From assembly GCA_963555825.3 (NCBI GenBank), contig CAUVXB020000002.1:2112001-2176000 (forward strand): DNA of 64,000 nucleotides, given 5' to 3'. Origin of the DNA: Alphaproteobacteria bacterium (GTDB taxonomy: Bacteria; Pseudomonadota; Alphaproteobacteria; JAAXGF01). Within the stretch, counting starts at the first letter, position 1. The number at the start of each line of letters is the position of its first letter. Both the position numbers and the translations under genes were made by a program. This document shows positions 23,060-35,682 of this stretch, piece after piece. The notes below the pieces were generated by a model. That model saw only the letters and a program-made list of their open reading frames with translations, was not told the DNA's origin and searched no databases.

Positions 23060-23300
23060 ACTAATAAACTAATAAGCGAATACTAAATTTGGTAGAGCGG
23101 GCTCCAGGGCCTGCTCTACTATTTTGTGTTGAAATTTGACTATGCGGTGAAAAGTCTCGATAACCGTCAATGGTGTATTCTGGCCGTGCGAAGGGTTTCG
23201 GTCTAGTAGATCGCTCTCGCCGATCGATTTGGAAATGCGCGAAGCGGAACCAGAAAACGGGGAACACTTTTCCGAGTAGGCTATCAAGTCGGCCGGCGGC

Positions 23301-24638
23301 TGAGCTGGTCCCACATTGTTGGACAGCTTGGCAGCGCAGTTAAGGTGTATTCCGGTTCCTGATCATGCTGCCAAAATCGTGTTTATCACATCCTGCTGCT
23401 GTTGTTGAGCCTGTGGGGATGTGGGTAAGCCGTCAGGCTTATCCATCATATCCACGGGCTGCCCGGCGCCGTAGGCTTCCGCCGGCGTTTGACCGCCGAG
23501 GGACGAATGGGGCCGCTCGGTGTTGTAGAAGTCGATCCACTCGCCGATGACCCGTTCGGCCGCGAAGCCGTCGGTCAGCTCGTGCAGGTAGACCGCCTCG
23601 TATTTCAGCGACCGCCACAGCCGCTCGATGAAGATGTTGTCCATGCAGCGGCCGCGACCGTCCATGGAGATGCGCACGCCGGCGTTTTTGAGGACGCCGG
23701 TGAAGTCGAAGCCGGTGAACTGGCTGCCCTGGTCCGTGTTGGAGATTTCTGGGTTTCCGTAGTCGGCCAGCGCCGCATTCAAAGCGTCAATACAGAACCT
23801 GGCGTCCATGGTGTTCGACAGCCGCCACGACAGGACATGGCGCGTCGCCCAGTCCATGATGGCGATCAGGTACAGGAAGCCACGCTGAACCGGGATGTAG
23901 GTGATATCGGCGCACCAGACCTGATTGGGTCGATCGATCTCAATCCCCTTGAGCAGATAAGGGTAAATCCGATGCGTCGGGTGCGGCGTGCTGGTTCGCG
24001 GCGCCTGATAGATGGCTTCCAGGCCCATGAGACGCATCAGGCGCCGCACACGATGACGGCCGACGCAAACGCCGTCCCGCCGCAACTGGCGGACCATCTG
24101 GCGGCTGCCATAGAACGGATACTTCAGGAACAACTCATCGATGCGGCGCATCAGGGCCAAGTTCTCCGGGCTCTCCCCCTTGGGCGCGTAGTAGAAAGAC
24201 GACCGGCTGATCGACAGAACCTTGCATTGCCGGCTCAAGCTCAGAGCGGGATGATCGCGCCGCATCATGGCCTTGCGTTCCCCCCGGCTCATCGCTTGAG
24301 CCCTCTGGCCAAAAAATCGTTGACCACGGTCAGCTCCCCTATCTTGGCGTGCAACTCCTTGATCTCGGACCCGTGATCCGAACGCGCCCGATCTGCGCCA
24401 CCCGAGAACACATCGCCAAGGCCATCAATCGCCTGACGCTTCCATGTGCTCACTTGGTTCGGATGAACCTTGTGCTTCGTCGCAATCTCCTGGATCGTCT
24501 TGTCGCCCCGCAGCGCTTCCAGCGCCACCCGCGCCTTGAAATCTGCCGTGAACCGGCGTCGTGTTACCATCGTCGTACTCCTCCATTATCTGGCGGAATA
24601 CACCTTAGCAACCTGTCCGATTTTCCAGGACCAGCTCA
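23301..24638 (-). mobile_element. IS3-family element, copy 1 (orfA 24289-24570, orfB 23363-24292)
   Basis: Ends TGAGCTGGTCC / GGACCAGCTCA; 3-bp target duplication GGC; DDE motifs WCADITY, DQGSQF, ERLWRSLKYE. Confidence 0.95.
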
Positions 24639-24747
24639 GGCCAAGCCAACGGTGCCATTTAAACCATCTTGAAGGCTGTATAACCTACTCAACCAGCGAC
24701 GTGTCAACGGCGGAGCAAAATTAGTCCACCCGGGCGGAGCAAAACTA

Positions 24748-25593
24748 AGGTCCGGACCCATTAAGGGGATTCCCAAAGCGGGGCTGGCATGATTCATTGT
24801 TTCCAGCGAGGAGGCGATGGAAATGTCGGATTTCTTTTGGTTTTCGGATGCGCAATGGGCTCGGATTGGGCCGCTTTTGCCGACGGATACGCGCGGCATG
24901 GCGCGCGTTGACGATCGCCGGGTGCTGAGCGGGATCGTCCATGCTCTGAGGAATGGCGGGCGCTGGGCCGACTGTCCGCGTGAGGTCTACGGACCGAAGA
25001 AGACGCTCTACAACCGCTTTGTACGCTGGGCGGAGCGCGGCATCTGGGAACGGATATTCAGCGCGCTGGCGGGCGGCGAAGACGCCCCCGACCGGCTGTT
25101 CATCGATTCAACCTGCATCAAGGTTCATCGCTGCGCCGGCGGCGGAAAAGGGGGGCCTTGGCCCATGGCATCGGCCGCACCAAGGGGGGCCGCAACACCA
25201 AGCTCCACGCTGTCTGCGATGCGAAAGGCAGGCCCCTCGTCCTGCTCCTGACACCAGGAAACGTCCATGATTGCAAGGTCGCCCAGCGCTGTATCGAAGC
25301 CATGCCGCCCGCCGCCGAACTCGTCGCCGACAAGGGCTATGACAGCAAAGCCCTGCGCGACTGGCTGGCAGAACGCGGAACCACGGCCGTCATCCCACCG
25401 CGCAAGAACCGCAAGGTCCAATACCATTATGACAAGACCGTCTACAGGCAGCGCAACATCATCGAGCGCATGTTTTGCCACCTCAAGGACTGGCGCCGTA
25501 TAGCCACCCGCTTCGACCGCAACATCAAAAACTTCATCGCCGCAATCGCCCTTGCCGCCGCCGTCATCTGGTGGCTGTAATGAGTCCGGACCC
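24748..25593 (+). mobile_element. IS5-family (IS427-like) element; ORFs 24817-25251 and 25158-25580 probably joined by frameshift
   Basis: 16-bp inverted repeat (A/G)GGTCCGGAC(C/T)CATTA; TA duplication; IDST, ADKGYDS, IERMF..LK.WRRIATRFD. Confidence 0.92.
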
Positions 25594-28115
25594 TAGTCCA
25601 CTTAACGTTATGCGGTACGCGGTGTTGGGGGGTTGTCCCGGTAGTCCATAGGAGGGACCCGCGCTGCTTCGTGTAGCGCTTGCGTTACGCGGAGCGAAGC
25701 AGCGTGGGAGGTTCCTGTGGACCCACCGGGTCAACCATTGCACCGGCGGTTAAGCAGGTATTTTTGGGGATTTCCGCCGTTTTTGGCTTTGGTTGAGACG
25801 ATAGCTCTCGCCGTTCATTTCCAGGATATGGACATGGTGGGTGAGGCGGTCCAGCAAAGCCCCGGTCAGGCGTTCCGAGCCGAATATCTCCGTCCACTCA
25901 TCGAACGGCAAGTTGGAGGTCACCAGGATCGAGCCCCGCTCGTAGCGCTGGCTGAAGACTTCGAACAGCAGCTCGGCGCCGGTCTTCGAGAGCGGCACGA
26001 AGCCGAGTTCGTCGATGATCAGAAGGTGATACTTTGCCAGTTGCTTCTGCAGGCGCAACAGGCGTTTTTCATCCCTGGCCTCCATCAGTTCATGAACCAG
26101 GGCAGCGGCCGTGAGGAAGCCGACGGAGAGCCCCTTTTGGCAGGCCGCCAGACCGAGACCGAGGGCGATATGGGTCTTGCCGGTTCCGCTGTTGCCGAGC
26201 GCGATGATATTCTCACGACGCTCGACGTATTCGCATCGCGCCAACTCCAGAACCAGCATCTTGTTGAGCGATGCGATGGCCTTGAAGTCGAAGCTGTCGA
26301 GGCTTTTGACGGCGGGGAACCTGGCCTGTCTGATCCGCCGCTCGACCATGCGGCGCTCACGGTCGATCAGTTCCAACTCGGTCAGACGGACAAGATACCG
26401 CACATGGTCGGCGCCCTCGGTGGCGCATTGGCGGGCCAGCTTGTCGTATTCGCGCAGGAACGTCGGCAGTTTCAGGGTCTTGAGGTGATGGGCCAGCAAC
26501 ACTTGCGGCGTATCGGTCATGACGCGCCTCCACCCAACAAGCTCATATAACTGGCGGCGGCCGTGGTCGCCACGTTGGCCCGAGGCAGGTAGGGATAGAT
26601 ATCCAGGTCGAGTTTGGGCGGGCGTCGCTCGATACGGCACAGCACAGCACAAGGTGTTTGACGGCGTCGTAGCCGATCGCACCCAGGCGCAGGGCGTCCT
26701 TCACCGCGCCGTGAAGCACCTCGAGATCGAAGGTCTCCAGAAGCCGAAGGACCTGGACGTATTCCCGCTTGCCGGCCTTGCCCATGCGCGCCTCCAGGAG
26801 ACGGCGCAGGGTTGGGAAGGCATCAGGCAGTTCCCATCCGGCTAGCGGCGCGGCCTGATCCAGGGCACCGATCTTGTGCTCCAGCAAAGGCAGGTAGTGG
26901 ATCGGATCGAAGACCATATCTTCCCGGTCGTAGGAACGGGGGTGTCGGGCAATGATCCCGGCGCCGCAACCGATAACCACCTCGTGGACATAGCCACGGA
27001 TCCAGACTTCCTGATGGCCGTAGGCGACGGGCACGGAATAGTCATTCGTCCGGTAGCGCACCAGGGACAGCGAGTTGACCCGCGTGCCCTGCTTGTCGCA
27101 CGCGTCGAACGGTGCCGGCAGTGGCCTCTTCAACGCTTCGCGGTCACGCACAAACCGTTCGCCGATGCTCTCGCGGTGGCCGCGCAGGACGTTGCCTTGC
27201 CGGTTGCGGCATTGCTCTTCCAGGTGGCCATTGAAGGCGTCCCAGCTCGCGAACCGGGGAAGCGGCGTCATGAAGTTCCGCCGGGCATAGCCGACCACCC
27301 CCTCCACATTGCCTTTGTCGTTACCCTTGCCGGGACGGCCGTAGCGGTCCTCGAAGAGGTAATGGGACTGCAGCCCGCTGAACGCCCGCGTTCGTTGCCG
27401 CGTGCCATCTGACAAGATGCGCGACACCAGACACTTGTCGTTGTCGTAAAGAATCGATTGGGGAACGCCGCCGAAAAAAACAAAGGCTCTGTTGTGCCCG
27501 TCCAGCCAGGCCTCCGTCGTCGCCGCCGGGTAGGCCGCAACGAAGCAGGCATCGCTGTGGGGAAGTGTCATGACGAAAAAATGCGCCCGATACTTGACGC
27601 CGGCGATGATCGCATCCGCCTCGCCAAAGTCCGCTTGAGCATGGCCCGGAGGATGTGACAACGGCACAAACATCTCACGCCGACGAAGGCGCCGTTCCCG
27701 AACGTAATCCTTCACGATGGTCTCTTTGCCCGTGAAGCCATGTTCGTCGCGAAGGCGCTCGAATATACGCTTCGCCGTGTGGTGCTGCTTACGGTGAACC
27801 GGTCGGTCCTCCTCCAGAATACGGTCGATGATATCCGTGAAGGGGGCCAGTTTCGGGCGTTTCGGTGGCTGGCGTCGCCGATATCCCGGCGGTTCCGAAT
27901 GCCGCAGCATCTTCCTCACCGTCTCGCGCGCAATGCCAAACCGACTTGCCGCCTCTCGCTGGCTCAGACCATCAACATGGCAGGCCAGCCGAACGCGCAG
28001 ATATAGGTCCACGGTGTACATCCTCCCGCCTTCCATCTCAAAAAAGATCGAAGGCTACAGGTGGCAGAGTTTTACTCCGCCCGCGGCTGGGAAATCCCGC
28101 CGCTTCCGTGGACTA

Positions 28116-29292
28116 ATACCAGTGAGCCTATGAAATCACCTTCATGATCCATGGATAGGCGCAGAGGGTTCGCATACGATCCGGTTCTGCGATGAGGTCG
28201 ATCCATGCTTGGCAACAGGCGTCGATGATGGCCTCGGTGTCGTCGAGGACGCGGAGCGATAGGAAGCGTTCGCGTAGGTAGAGCCAAACCCGCTCGACGG
28301 GGTTGAGTTCGGGACTGTAAGGCGGCAACAGCGCCAAGGTGACGTTGTCGGGGACGGTGAGGGCGCGCTCGTCGTGCCAACCGGCGCCGTCGCACATCAT
28401 GACGGCGTGCGCATCCTGGTCCAGGGTATCGGCGAAGTGTGCGAGAAACAGGTCCATGACCTTGGCGTTGACGCTCGGCATCACCAGGGTGACGTCGTCG
28501 CCGGTGTCCGGGCGCACGGCGGAGAAGATGTAGGCCCACTGGTAGCCGATTTGACGCGTCCCGGGGGCACGCTCGCCCCTGCGCCACCACCGGTGACACA
28601 CCCGGCCCTTGTTGCCGACGCGCGCTTCATCCTGAAACCACAGCTGTAGGCGCTTGTCGGGATGCGCCGCGGCGGTCGCCTTCAGGATGTCGCGAAGCCC
28701 CCTTTTTTGAAGCGCTCCTGCGCTTCGGCGTCCCTTCGCGGGTGGCTCGGGCGCGCCTTCTGGCGGGAAAATCCCATCCGCCGTAGAACCCGGGTCATGC
28801 TCGAGGGGTGGTAGGTCTTGGCGAAGCGCTCCTCCAGCCAGCGGCACAGATCGGCCCGGGTCCAGGCGCAAACCCCGTCGCGCTCAGGCTCCGGCCCGGC
28901 GATGATGACCGCCGCCAGCGCCGCTTCCTCGTCTGCCGTCAGCCGCCGCGGCGAGTAGCCCTTTGGACGGTCGTGAAGCCCCTCCAATCCCTTTGCATTG
29001 TAACGAACAACCGCGTCGCGAAGCGTTTGGCGATCCATCCCCGCAAGCCGCGCGGCATCAGCCCGGGGCATCTCCTCCAAAGCATTCGCGATCCCATAGG
29101 CCCGCGCCGCCGCTCGACCGTACGATTCCACGCGAGCCCAGCGCCGAAGCTCCAAAGGCGTCAAATCATCCCGTATCTTGAGTGCTGATCCCATGACATC
29201 CCCCACATCTGGTGGGAGACCATAGAATCACAATCCGCCATCATCCGCCATCAATGAATATCCCGAGAGTCAATTCAGGCGCTCACTGGTAT
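28116..29292 (-). mobile_element. IS630-family element A (ORFs 28682-29206 and 28128-28871)
   Basis: Inverted repeat ATACCAGTGAGC; TA flanks; WFQDEARVG, DGAGWH, PYSPELNPVE; A-run at the FKK junction. Confidence 0.92.
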
Positions 29293-29294
29293 TA

Positions 29295-30455
29295 TACCAA
29301 CGGCGCAAAATTCTGACTCGCAAGGGATTCCCTTTTTGGGCTGGATGTGATTCAAGGCTGGCGAAGGAGATTCGCCATGTCAGTATGCATTGCTCTTCGG
29401 GACGACTACGACAGCATTGAGCTCCGGTGTTTGGCCAAGCACAGTCGCGATCCCCGCCAAGTTCGCCGGCTTTTGGCCTTGGCGGCGGTTTACGACGGCA
29501 TGAGCCGAGCGGAAGCCGCTAAGGTCGGCGGCATGGATCGCCAGACGCTGAGAGACTGGGCGCACCGCTTCAACGATGAAGGGGCAGACGGCTTGAAGAA
29601 CCGTCCCGGTGCGGGCCGCCCCCGGCTCTTGACCGACGAGCAGATGGGCGAACTGTCGGTGATCGTCGAAACGGGCCCCGATCCAGAGATTGACGGTGTG
29701 GTTCGCTGGCGGCGGGTTGACCTGAAACGGGTGATCGAAGAACGCTTTGGCGTGATCTATAGCGAGCGGGCGATCTCCGACCTTCTCGTCGCGCTGTCCT
29801 TCTCCCACATCAGCGCCCGGCCGCAGCACCCCAAGCAGGACCAGCGGGTGATCGAGGCGTTCAAAAAAACTTCCCCCGCACGCTCGCTGCCCACCTAGCC
29901 GGTCTGCCCAAGACCAAGCGGGTCGAGATCTGGTTCCAAGACGAGGCCAGGCTGGGACAGAAGAACGGGCGTGTGCGCATTTGGGCGAAGAAGGGAACAA
30001 GGCCACGCCTGCCCGCCGATCAGCGCTACACGAACGCCTACCTCTTTGGCGCAATCTGTCCCATGGGAGCCAAGGGTGCCGCTCTCATGCTCCCCTTCGC
30101 CAACACAGCCGCCATGCAGATGCATCTCGACGAGATCAGCTGCAACGTCGCCGCCAAGGCCCATGGCGTCGTCCTGATGGACCGCGCCGGGTGGCACAGC
30201 ACCGACCAGCTCAAGGTCCCCAAGAACCTCACCATCATCCTGCTGCCATCGCGCTCGCCCGAGCTGAACCCGGTCGAGAACATCTGGCAATACCTCCGCC
30301 AGAATTGGCTCTCTAACCGCGTCTTCGAAGATTACGACGCCATCATCGAGGCCGGTTGCCAAGCCTGGAACAAACTAATCGACCAGCCCGAGACGATCAT
30401 GTCCATCGGAATGAGAGATTGGGCGATTTCAGGTCAATAATTAGTGCCGTTGGTA
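29295..30455 (+). mobile_element. IS630-family element B (ORFs 29347-29898 and ~29860-30440)
   Basis: Inverted repeat TACCAACGGC; TA flanks; DRAGWH, SRSPELNPVENIW; AAAAAAAC slippery site. Confidence 0.92.
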
Positions 30456-30523
30456 TAATTTGTCACCGCCGTTCTCAGCGATGCTTGCCGCGCCTTTATC
30501 ATTAGAAAAAGGGAGATCGCGGG

Positions 30524-32320
30524 ATGGAATTTCGCAATCGGGGTTGTCACTTTGCCATGATTGCGGCACAATCTGACGTACAGCCCGCTTCCGAGACCTT
30601 ACACGACGGCAGCTCGACACAGACAATGGTGACAAACCTGCCAGACCTGCTTGCCACCACAATTCAGCACTATCAGAGTGGTAGATTCAAGCAGGCGCGG
30701 TCCATTTGCCTTCGCATTCTCCGACACCAACCGCACCACCCGGAAGCGAATCACATTTTCGGGTTGCTCGCCCACCAAGATGGAGACAATCGTACCGCGG
30801 TTAAAACCATTCAAAAGGCCGTTTCGGCTCGCCCAACCAATGCCCTCTATCATTTCAACTTGGGCGTGGTTCTGGAGTCTAATGGCGACGCCGATGCAGC
30901 CATTGAGTTCTACAGAAAGGCGATCGCCAATAACCCCAAATTTGGTGACGCGCACAACAATCTTGGCGTCCTACTCTTGATGCGAGGAAACGTCGAAGCC
31001 GCCCAGCTGCAATTCGAACGGGCAACTCGCTTTAATGCCAAAAATGCTGAAGCCTGGGTCAATCTCGGTAAGACGATGCTCGACAAGCATAGTCCGGCCG
31101 AGGCACTCGCTCACTTTGAGTGCGCCGTCGGTTTGAATTCCAGCCTCGCCGAGGCGCACTTCGGAGTGGGCAAATGCCATGAAGAGCAGCACGACTGGAA
31201 AAATGCCGAGATATCATATCGGCACGCACTGCGTCTAAATCCAAACTTCATCGAAGCGCAGAACAATTTGGGGACGGCGCTCCTCGCGCAGGGCAATTAT
31301 CATGAGGCACAAGCCGTCTTTCGACGTTTGTTGGAATTGAAGCATGGCACTATACGGGCTACGTCCGTCGCATTGGAAAGCCAATGTTTATCGCGAGAGG
31401 CCACTTTACCGGTTGCCGAGCGGCGTATTCTCCGGCACAAGCTCGTCGACCGAGTCGAGCAAATCCAATACTTACTTGAGAGAGGATTACTGGACTCGTC
31501 GTTCGAACGATTGGTGGAACGATGTCAGCTAATACTCGGGGAGCGAAATGGCGCGATGGGCGACTACGTCATGTTGCCAAACGAAGCAGCTTCCTGGGTC
31601 GAAGTTGTTTGCGACAGCGTAATACACTTCAAGAATGCTCCTGCACTCGGAGCCGGTGCCGTGAACCCAACGCTCAACTTTCGCAAACTGGAGGACGAGT
31701 ACTTATCTACGCCCACCTCGGTCGTTTGCATTGACAATTTTCTCCGCCCTGAAGCTTTGCTGGGATTGCGCAATTTCAGCTTGGAATCGACAATATTCTT
31801 TGGCGCCGATCCCGCTGGGTATGTGACGTCATATGTTGGTGACGGGTTCAACTGCAGCCTCTTGTACCAGATCGCCGAAGATCTTAAACGCTGTTTTCCA
31901 ACGGTCGTTGGCGAGCAGTTCCTATCAAACATGTGGATTTACCGCCATCACGAGCCTGGTAAGGGCGTAGACATTCATACCGATTATGGTGCGGTTACAT
32001 TCAATTTCTGGTTTACGCCGGACGTAGCAAACCTAACGCCGAATCGTGGCGGTTTGGTTGTCTACAAGAAGGAAGAACCTCTCGACTGGGACTGGATCCA
32101 GTACAACAAGAATAAGAACTCCCCAGAGATTCAAGATCGTATCAAGAGCTACCTTGGCTCGGCCGAGACAGTTCCGATCCCTTACCGCGAAAACAGGGCA
32201 GTCTTGTTTCGTTCAACGCTGTTTCACGGATCAGATGAGTACCGCTTCAGGGACGGATTCGAGAACCGACGAATGAACATGTCTATGTTATTCGGCGAGC
32301 GCTGCGCCATGCCGAACTGA
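30524..32320 (+). CDS. TPR-repeat protein with C-terminal 2OG-Fe(II) oxygenase-like domain
   Basis: About 7 TPRs, then IDNFL, HTD..NFW..GGL..YRENRAVLF...FH...RRMN (HxD...H...R). Start uncertain. Confidence 0.82.
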   Translation: MEFRNRGCHFAMIAAQSDVQPASETLHDGSSTQTMVTNLPDLLATTIQHYQSGRFKQARSICLRILRHQPHHPEANHIFGLLAHQDGDNRTAVKTIQKAVSARPTNALYHFNLGVVLESNGDADAAIEFYRKAIANNPKFGDAHNNLGVLLLMRGNVEAAQLQFERATRFNAKNAEAWVNLGKTMLDKHSPAEALAHFECAVGLNSSLAEAHFGVGKCHEEQHDWKNAEISYRHALRLNPNFIEAQNNLGTALLAQGNYHEAQAVFRRLLELKHGTIRATSVALESQCLSREATLPVAERRILRHKLVDRVEQIQYLLERGLLDSSFERLVERCQLILGERNGAMGDYVMLPNEAASWVEVVCDSVIHFKNAPALGAGAVNPTLNFRKLEDEYLSTPTSVVCIDNFLRPEALLGLRNFSLESTIFFGADPAGYVTSYVGDGFNCSLLYQIAEDLKRCFPTVVGEQFLSNMWIYRHHEPGKGVDIHTDYGAVTFNFWFTPDVANLTPNRGGLVVYKKEEPLDWDWIQYNKNKNSPEIQDRIKSYLGSAETVPIPYRENRAVLFRSTLFHGSDEYRFRDGFENRRMNMSMLFGERCAMPN

Positions 32321-32472
32321 TAGGCCGACACACGAAGATTGCCGTCCAATCATGACTGAATCGGATGTCGGTACGTTCTACCTTGATGTTCTTCCCGGCG
32401 TTGCGAGGCCCAAAATGGTTCGCGGCTGAGGTCATCATTAAATTCCCGGATAGATAGGAATTGGTGGATCGA

Positions 32473-33135
32473 ATGGCGAACGGCGACAGCACAGTGGCAC
32501 TCGAGCGTGAAGAGTTTATCCCATTGTTTGCCAGCCCGCTCATGGTGCACAAATGGCCCGACGCTGACGAACTCAATGCGAAGCTGCGTCACGTAATCCT
32601 TGAACGTGAACGCGCCATGCCGGGTCGGGGTATAAGCAATGTGGGGGGCTGGCAATCAAACCACGACTTTCGCCTGTGGTCTGGCGAGGCGGGCAAGGTA
32701 TGCGTCGATCGAGTCACCGCAATGGTGAACCATGCTACGTCCAAGGTGTATGGGCCTCGCCGACGGAAGCCAAGCGTTACCTGGGGCATTGATGCGTGGG
32801 CCAACGTCAACCGCCAGGGCAATTACAACATTCCACACAGCCATCCGAATTCCACGTGGTCCTGCGTGTATTATGTTGATACCGGCGACGCCGATCTGAA
32901 CAATGAAAAAAGTGGCGTGATCACGTTCCTTAATCCTAATTCAGCATCCAGCGTGTCTTTCTTCACGGAGACCGTGGGCGACAAATTCAACCTTTGGCCC
33001 GAGCCGGGAACGATGCTCGTCTTTCCGAGCTATCTCGTTCACCTTGTGCACCCGTATACTGGGAAGCGCCCCCGAGTTTCTATTGCGCTCAATTTTCGGC
33101 CGCTGCGCGCATCGGCAATTTTCTCGCCGAGTTGA
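32473..33135 (+). CDS. Putative 2OG-Fe(II) oxygenase (TIGR02466-like)
   Basis: SNVGGWQS, AWANVN, PHSHPNSTWSCVYYV, FPSYLVHLV, RVSIALN. Confidence 0.85.
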   Translation: MANGDSTVALEREEFIPLFASPLMVHKWPDADELNAKLRHVILERERAMPGRGISNVGGWQSNHDFRLWSGEAGKVCVDRVTAMVNHATSKVYGPRRRKPSVTWGIDAWANVNRQGNYNIPHSHPNSTWSCVYYVDTGDADLNNEKSGVITFLNPNSASSVSFFTETVGDKFNLWPEPGTMLVFPSYLVHLVHPYTGKRPRVSIALNFRPLRASAIFSPS

Positions 33136-33318
33136 AACCGAGACCTGCGCCCCTCACCTAATCTGTTTAATTGGCTGGCAAGTGCGCGCCACGTCGCATC
33201 ATCGAGACACTGGTTCCCAGCACGATCACCGACTGTCTGTATTTCTCCGCCCCTCTCGCGGATTTTTTGCGCCGCGGTTGACACATCGACTGAACTTTCC
33301 GTGTGAACGCCGCTTCTG

Positions 33319-33761
33319 ATGAACTATCTTAGGGACCACATGGTGACGTATTTCGACACCCGACGTATCGCGCTCGCCGCGCTTCTCGCGGTCGCGTCCG
33401 CTTGGCCGGCGATGGCCGACTTCCGCGCCGGGGTCGATGCCTACGACAGGGGCGACTACATGGCCGCCTACGAGGAATGGCTGCCGCTCGCCGGACAGGG
33501 TGATGCGCGCGCACAGACCAACCTGGGCCACTTGTATCGCATGGGGCGCGGCGTCGCGCAGAACTACACGACCGCGCTGGAGTGGTATCGCAAGGCGGCC
33601 AACCAGAACAACGCGCGCGCCCAGGCCAACCTCGCCAACATGTACCTCAAGGGGCTCGGCATCACCGCCGACCCGGCGGCTGGCATCGCGCTGTTCCGGC
33701 TCGCCGCCGAGCAGGATTTCGCGGTCGCCCAGCTGCATCTCGGCCATATCTATCGGCTCGG
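33319..33761 (+). pseudogene. Exported Sel1-repeat protein truncated by IS21
   Basis: Signal peptide ending AMA-DF; Sel1 repeats (AQTNLGHLYRMGRGV, WYRKAANQ); the frame runs into the IS21 end at 33762. Confidence 0.85.
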
Positions 33762-35469
33762 TGTCAATGGCGGAGCAAAAAGGGACCACCTCGGCGGTGT
33801 AAGAAGGGACCGCTTGGCGGCTGCGGGCTTGTCCCCGTAGTCCACGGGAGGGCCCCGCGCGCGACGCGGCGTGCCCTCAACAGGCTGACGCGGCGGCGCG
33901 CGCGGGAGGGACCTGTGGGCCCACGGGGTCAAGCGTGGGCTGGGTGGTCGGTTCAGTTAGCAGTCGGGGTTTGACGCCTGCGGCTCTGGTTGAGCCTGTA
34001 GCTGTCACCGTTCATCTCGAGGATGTTGACGTGGTGGGTGAGGCGATCGAGGAGCGCGCCGGTGAGGCGCTCGGAGCCGAACACCTCGGTCCATTCGTCG
34101 AAGGGCAGATTGGTGGTGACCAGGGTCGAGCCCCGCTCGTAGCGTTGGCTGAACACCTCGAACAACAGCTCGGCGCCGGTCTTCGACAGCGGCACGAAGC
34201 CGAGTTCGTCGACGATCAGAAGCTTGTAGGTGGCGAGCTTCTTCTGGAACCTCAGCAGCTGCTTGTCATCGCGGGCCTCGATGAGTTCGTGGACCAGCGC
34301 GGCGGCGGTGATGAAGCCGACCGAGAGGCCCTTCTGGCAGGCCGCCAGGCCGAGACCGAGGGCGATGTGGGTCTTGCCGGTCCCACTGTTGCCGAGCGCG
34401 ATGAGGTTCTCGCGGCGCTCGATGTACTCGCAGCGGGCCAGCTCCAGGACCAGCGCCTTGTTGAGCGAGGGGATGACCTTGAAGTCGAAGCTGTCGAGGC
34501 TCTTGACCACGGGGAAGCGCGCCGCCTTGATGCGCCGCTCGACCATGCGGCGCTCGCGGTCGATCAGCTCGAGCTCGGCGAGTCTCAACAGGTAGCGGAC
34601 GTGATCGACGCCTTCCGAGGCGCACTGCCGGGCGATCTTGTCGTACTCGCGCAGGAAGGTCGGCAGCTTCAGCGTCTTGAGGTGGTGGGCGAGCAGCACT
34701 TGCGGTGTGTCGGTCATGCGCCGAGCCCCGACAGCAGGCTCATGTACGACTTGGCGGACGTCATCGCGACCCGGGCGCGCGGCAGATACGGATAGACGTC
34801 GAGGTTGAGCCTGGGCGGCCGCCGCTCGATGCGGCACAGTACCAGGTGCTTCACCGCATCAAAGCCGATTGCGCCGAGCCGCAGGGCGTCGCCGACCGCA
34901 CCCTCGACCTCCTCGAGCCGGAAGGTCTCCAGTAGACGGAGCACCTGGACGTACTCGCGCTTGCCTGCCTTGCCCATACGAGCTTCGAGGAGCCGCCGCA
35001 GAGTGATGAAGGCCTCGGGCAGGTCCCAGCCCGCCAATGGCGCGGCCTGGTCGAGGGCGCCGATCTTCTGCTCGATCAAGGGCAGGTAATGCAGCGGGTC
35101 GAAGATCAGGTCCTCGCTGTCGTAGGACCGGCGGTGCCGGGCGATCACCTCGGCCCCGCAGCTGATCACCACCTCATCGACGTAGCCCCGGATGAGCACC
35201 TCACGGTGGCCGTAGGCCACGGGCACGGAATAGTCGTTGCTGCGGTAACGCACCAGCGACAGCGAACTCGCCCGTCCAGGGCGCTTATCGCAGGCATCAT
35301 AGGGAGCAGGCGGCAATGGCAAGAGAACTTGACGATCCCGCTCGAGACGCTCGCCGATGGTCTCCTTATATGAGGCGTTTGCTGTCAAGGTGGATTTAAT
35401 CTACGCCACATGATCGTCTCTTCCATTGGTTATGGCTTTGTATCCAGGGCGGGTCTTGCGATGAGTTCC

Positions 35470-35680
35470 GTGTTTCGTGCGAGTGATCGCATCACCTTAT
35501 ATCCGGCAGCTCCGATCCGGCTTGCCACAATGCTGTATACATGGACCATCACAGGACGGGGATGGGACTAATCTTGTGGACGGCACCTTCGCCAAGGAGA
35601 CATGCAGTCACACATCCAACCTGCCAACAAGCGTTCCCATCGGGGAATGAAGCCCGTTAGAACGCTGAGCTGATCCGCAG
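35470..35680 (-). ncRNA. Predicted bridge (seek) RNA; ends approximate
   Basis: Target loop GTCTCCTT-hairpin-CCACAAG (35601-35573) and donor loop ACAGCATTG-hairpin-ATATAAG (35536-35496), each closed by a stem. Confidence 0.8.
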
Positions 35681-35682
35681 TC

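Larger units (their letters stand above)
24702..30477 (-). mobile_element. IS21-family element (istA 26543-28036, frameshifted near its end; istB 25750-26520) with nested IS5 and two IS630
   Basis: Ends TGTCAACGGCGG...CCGCCGTTCTCA; flanks GCGACG/GCGATG; IstB GNSGTGKT and IIDELG; extra GCACA unit at ~26640 shifts the istA frame. Confidence 0.9.
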
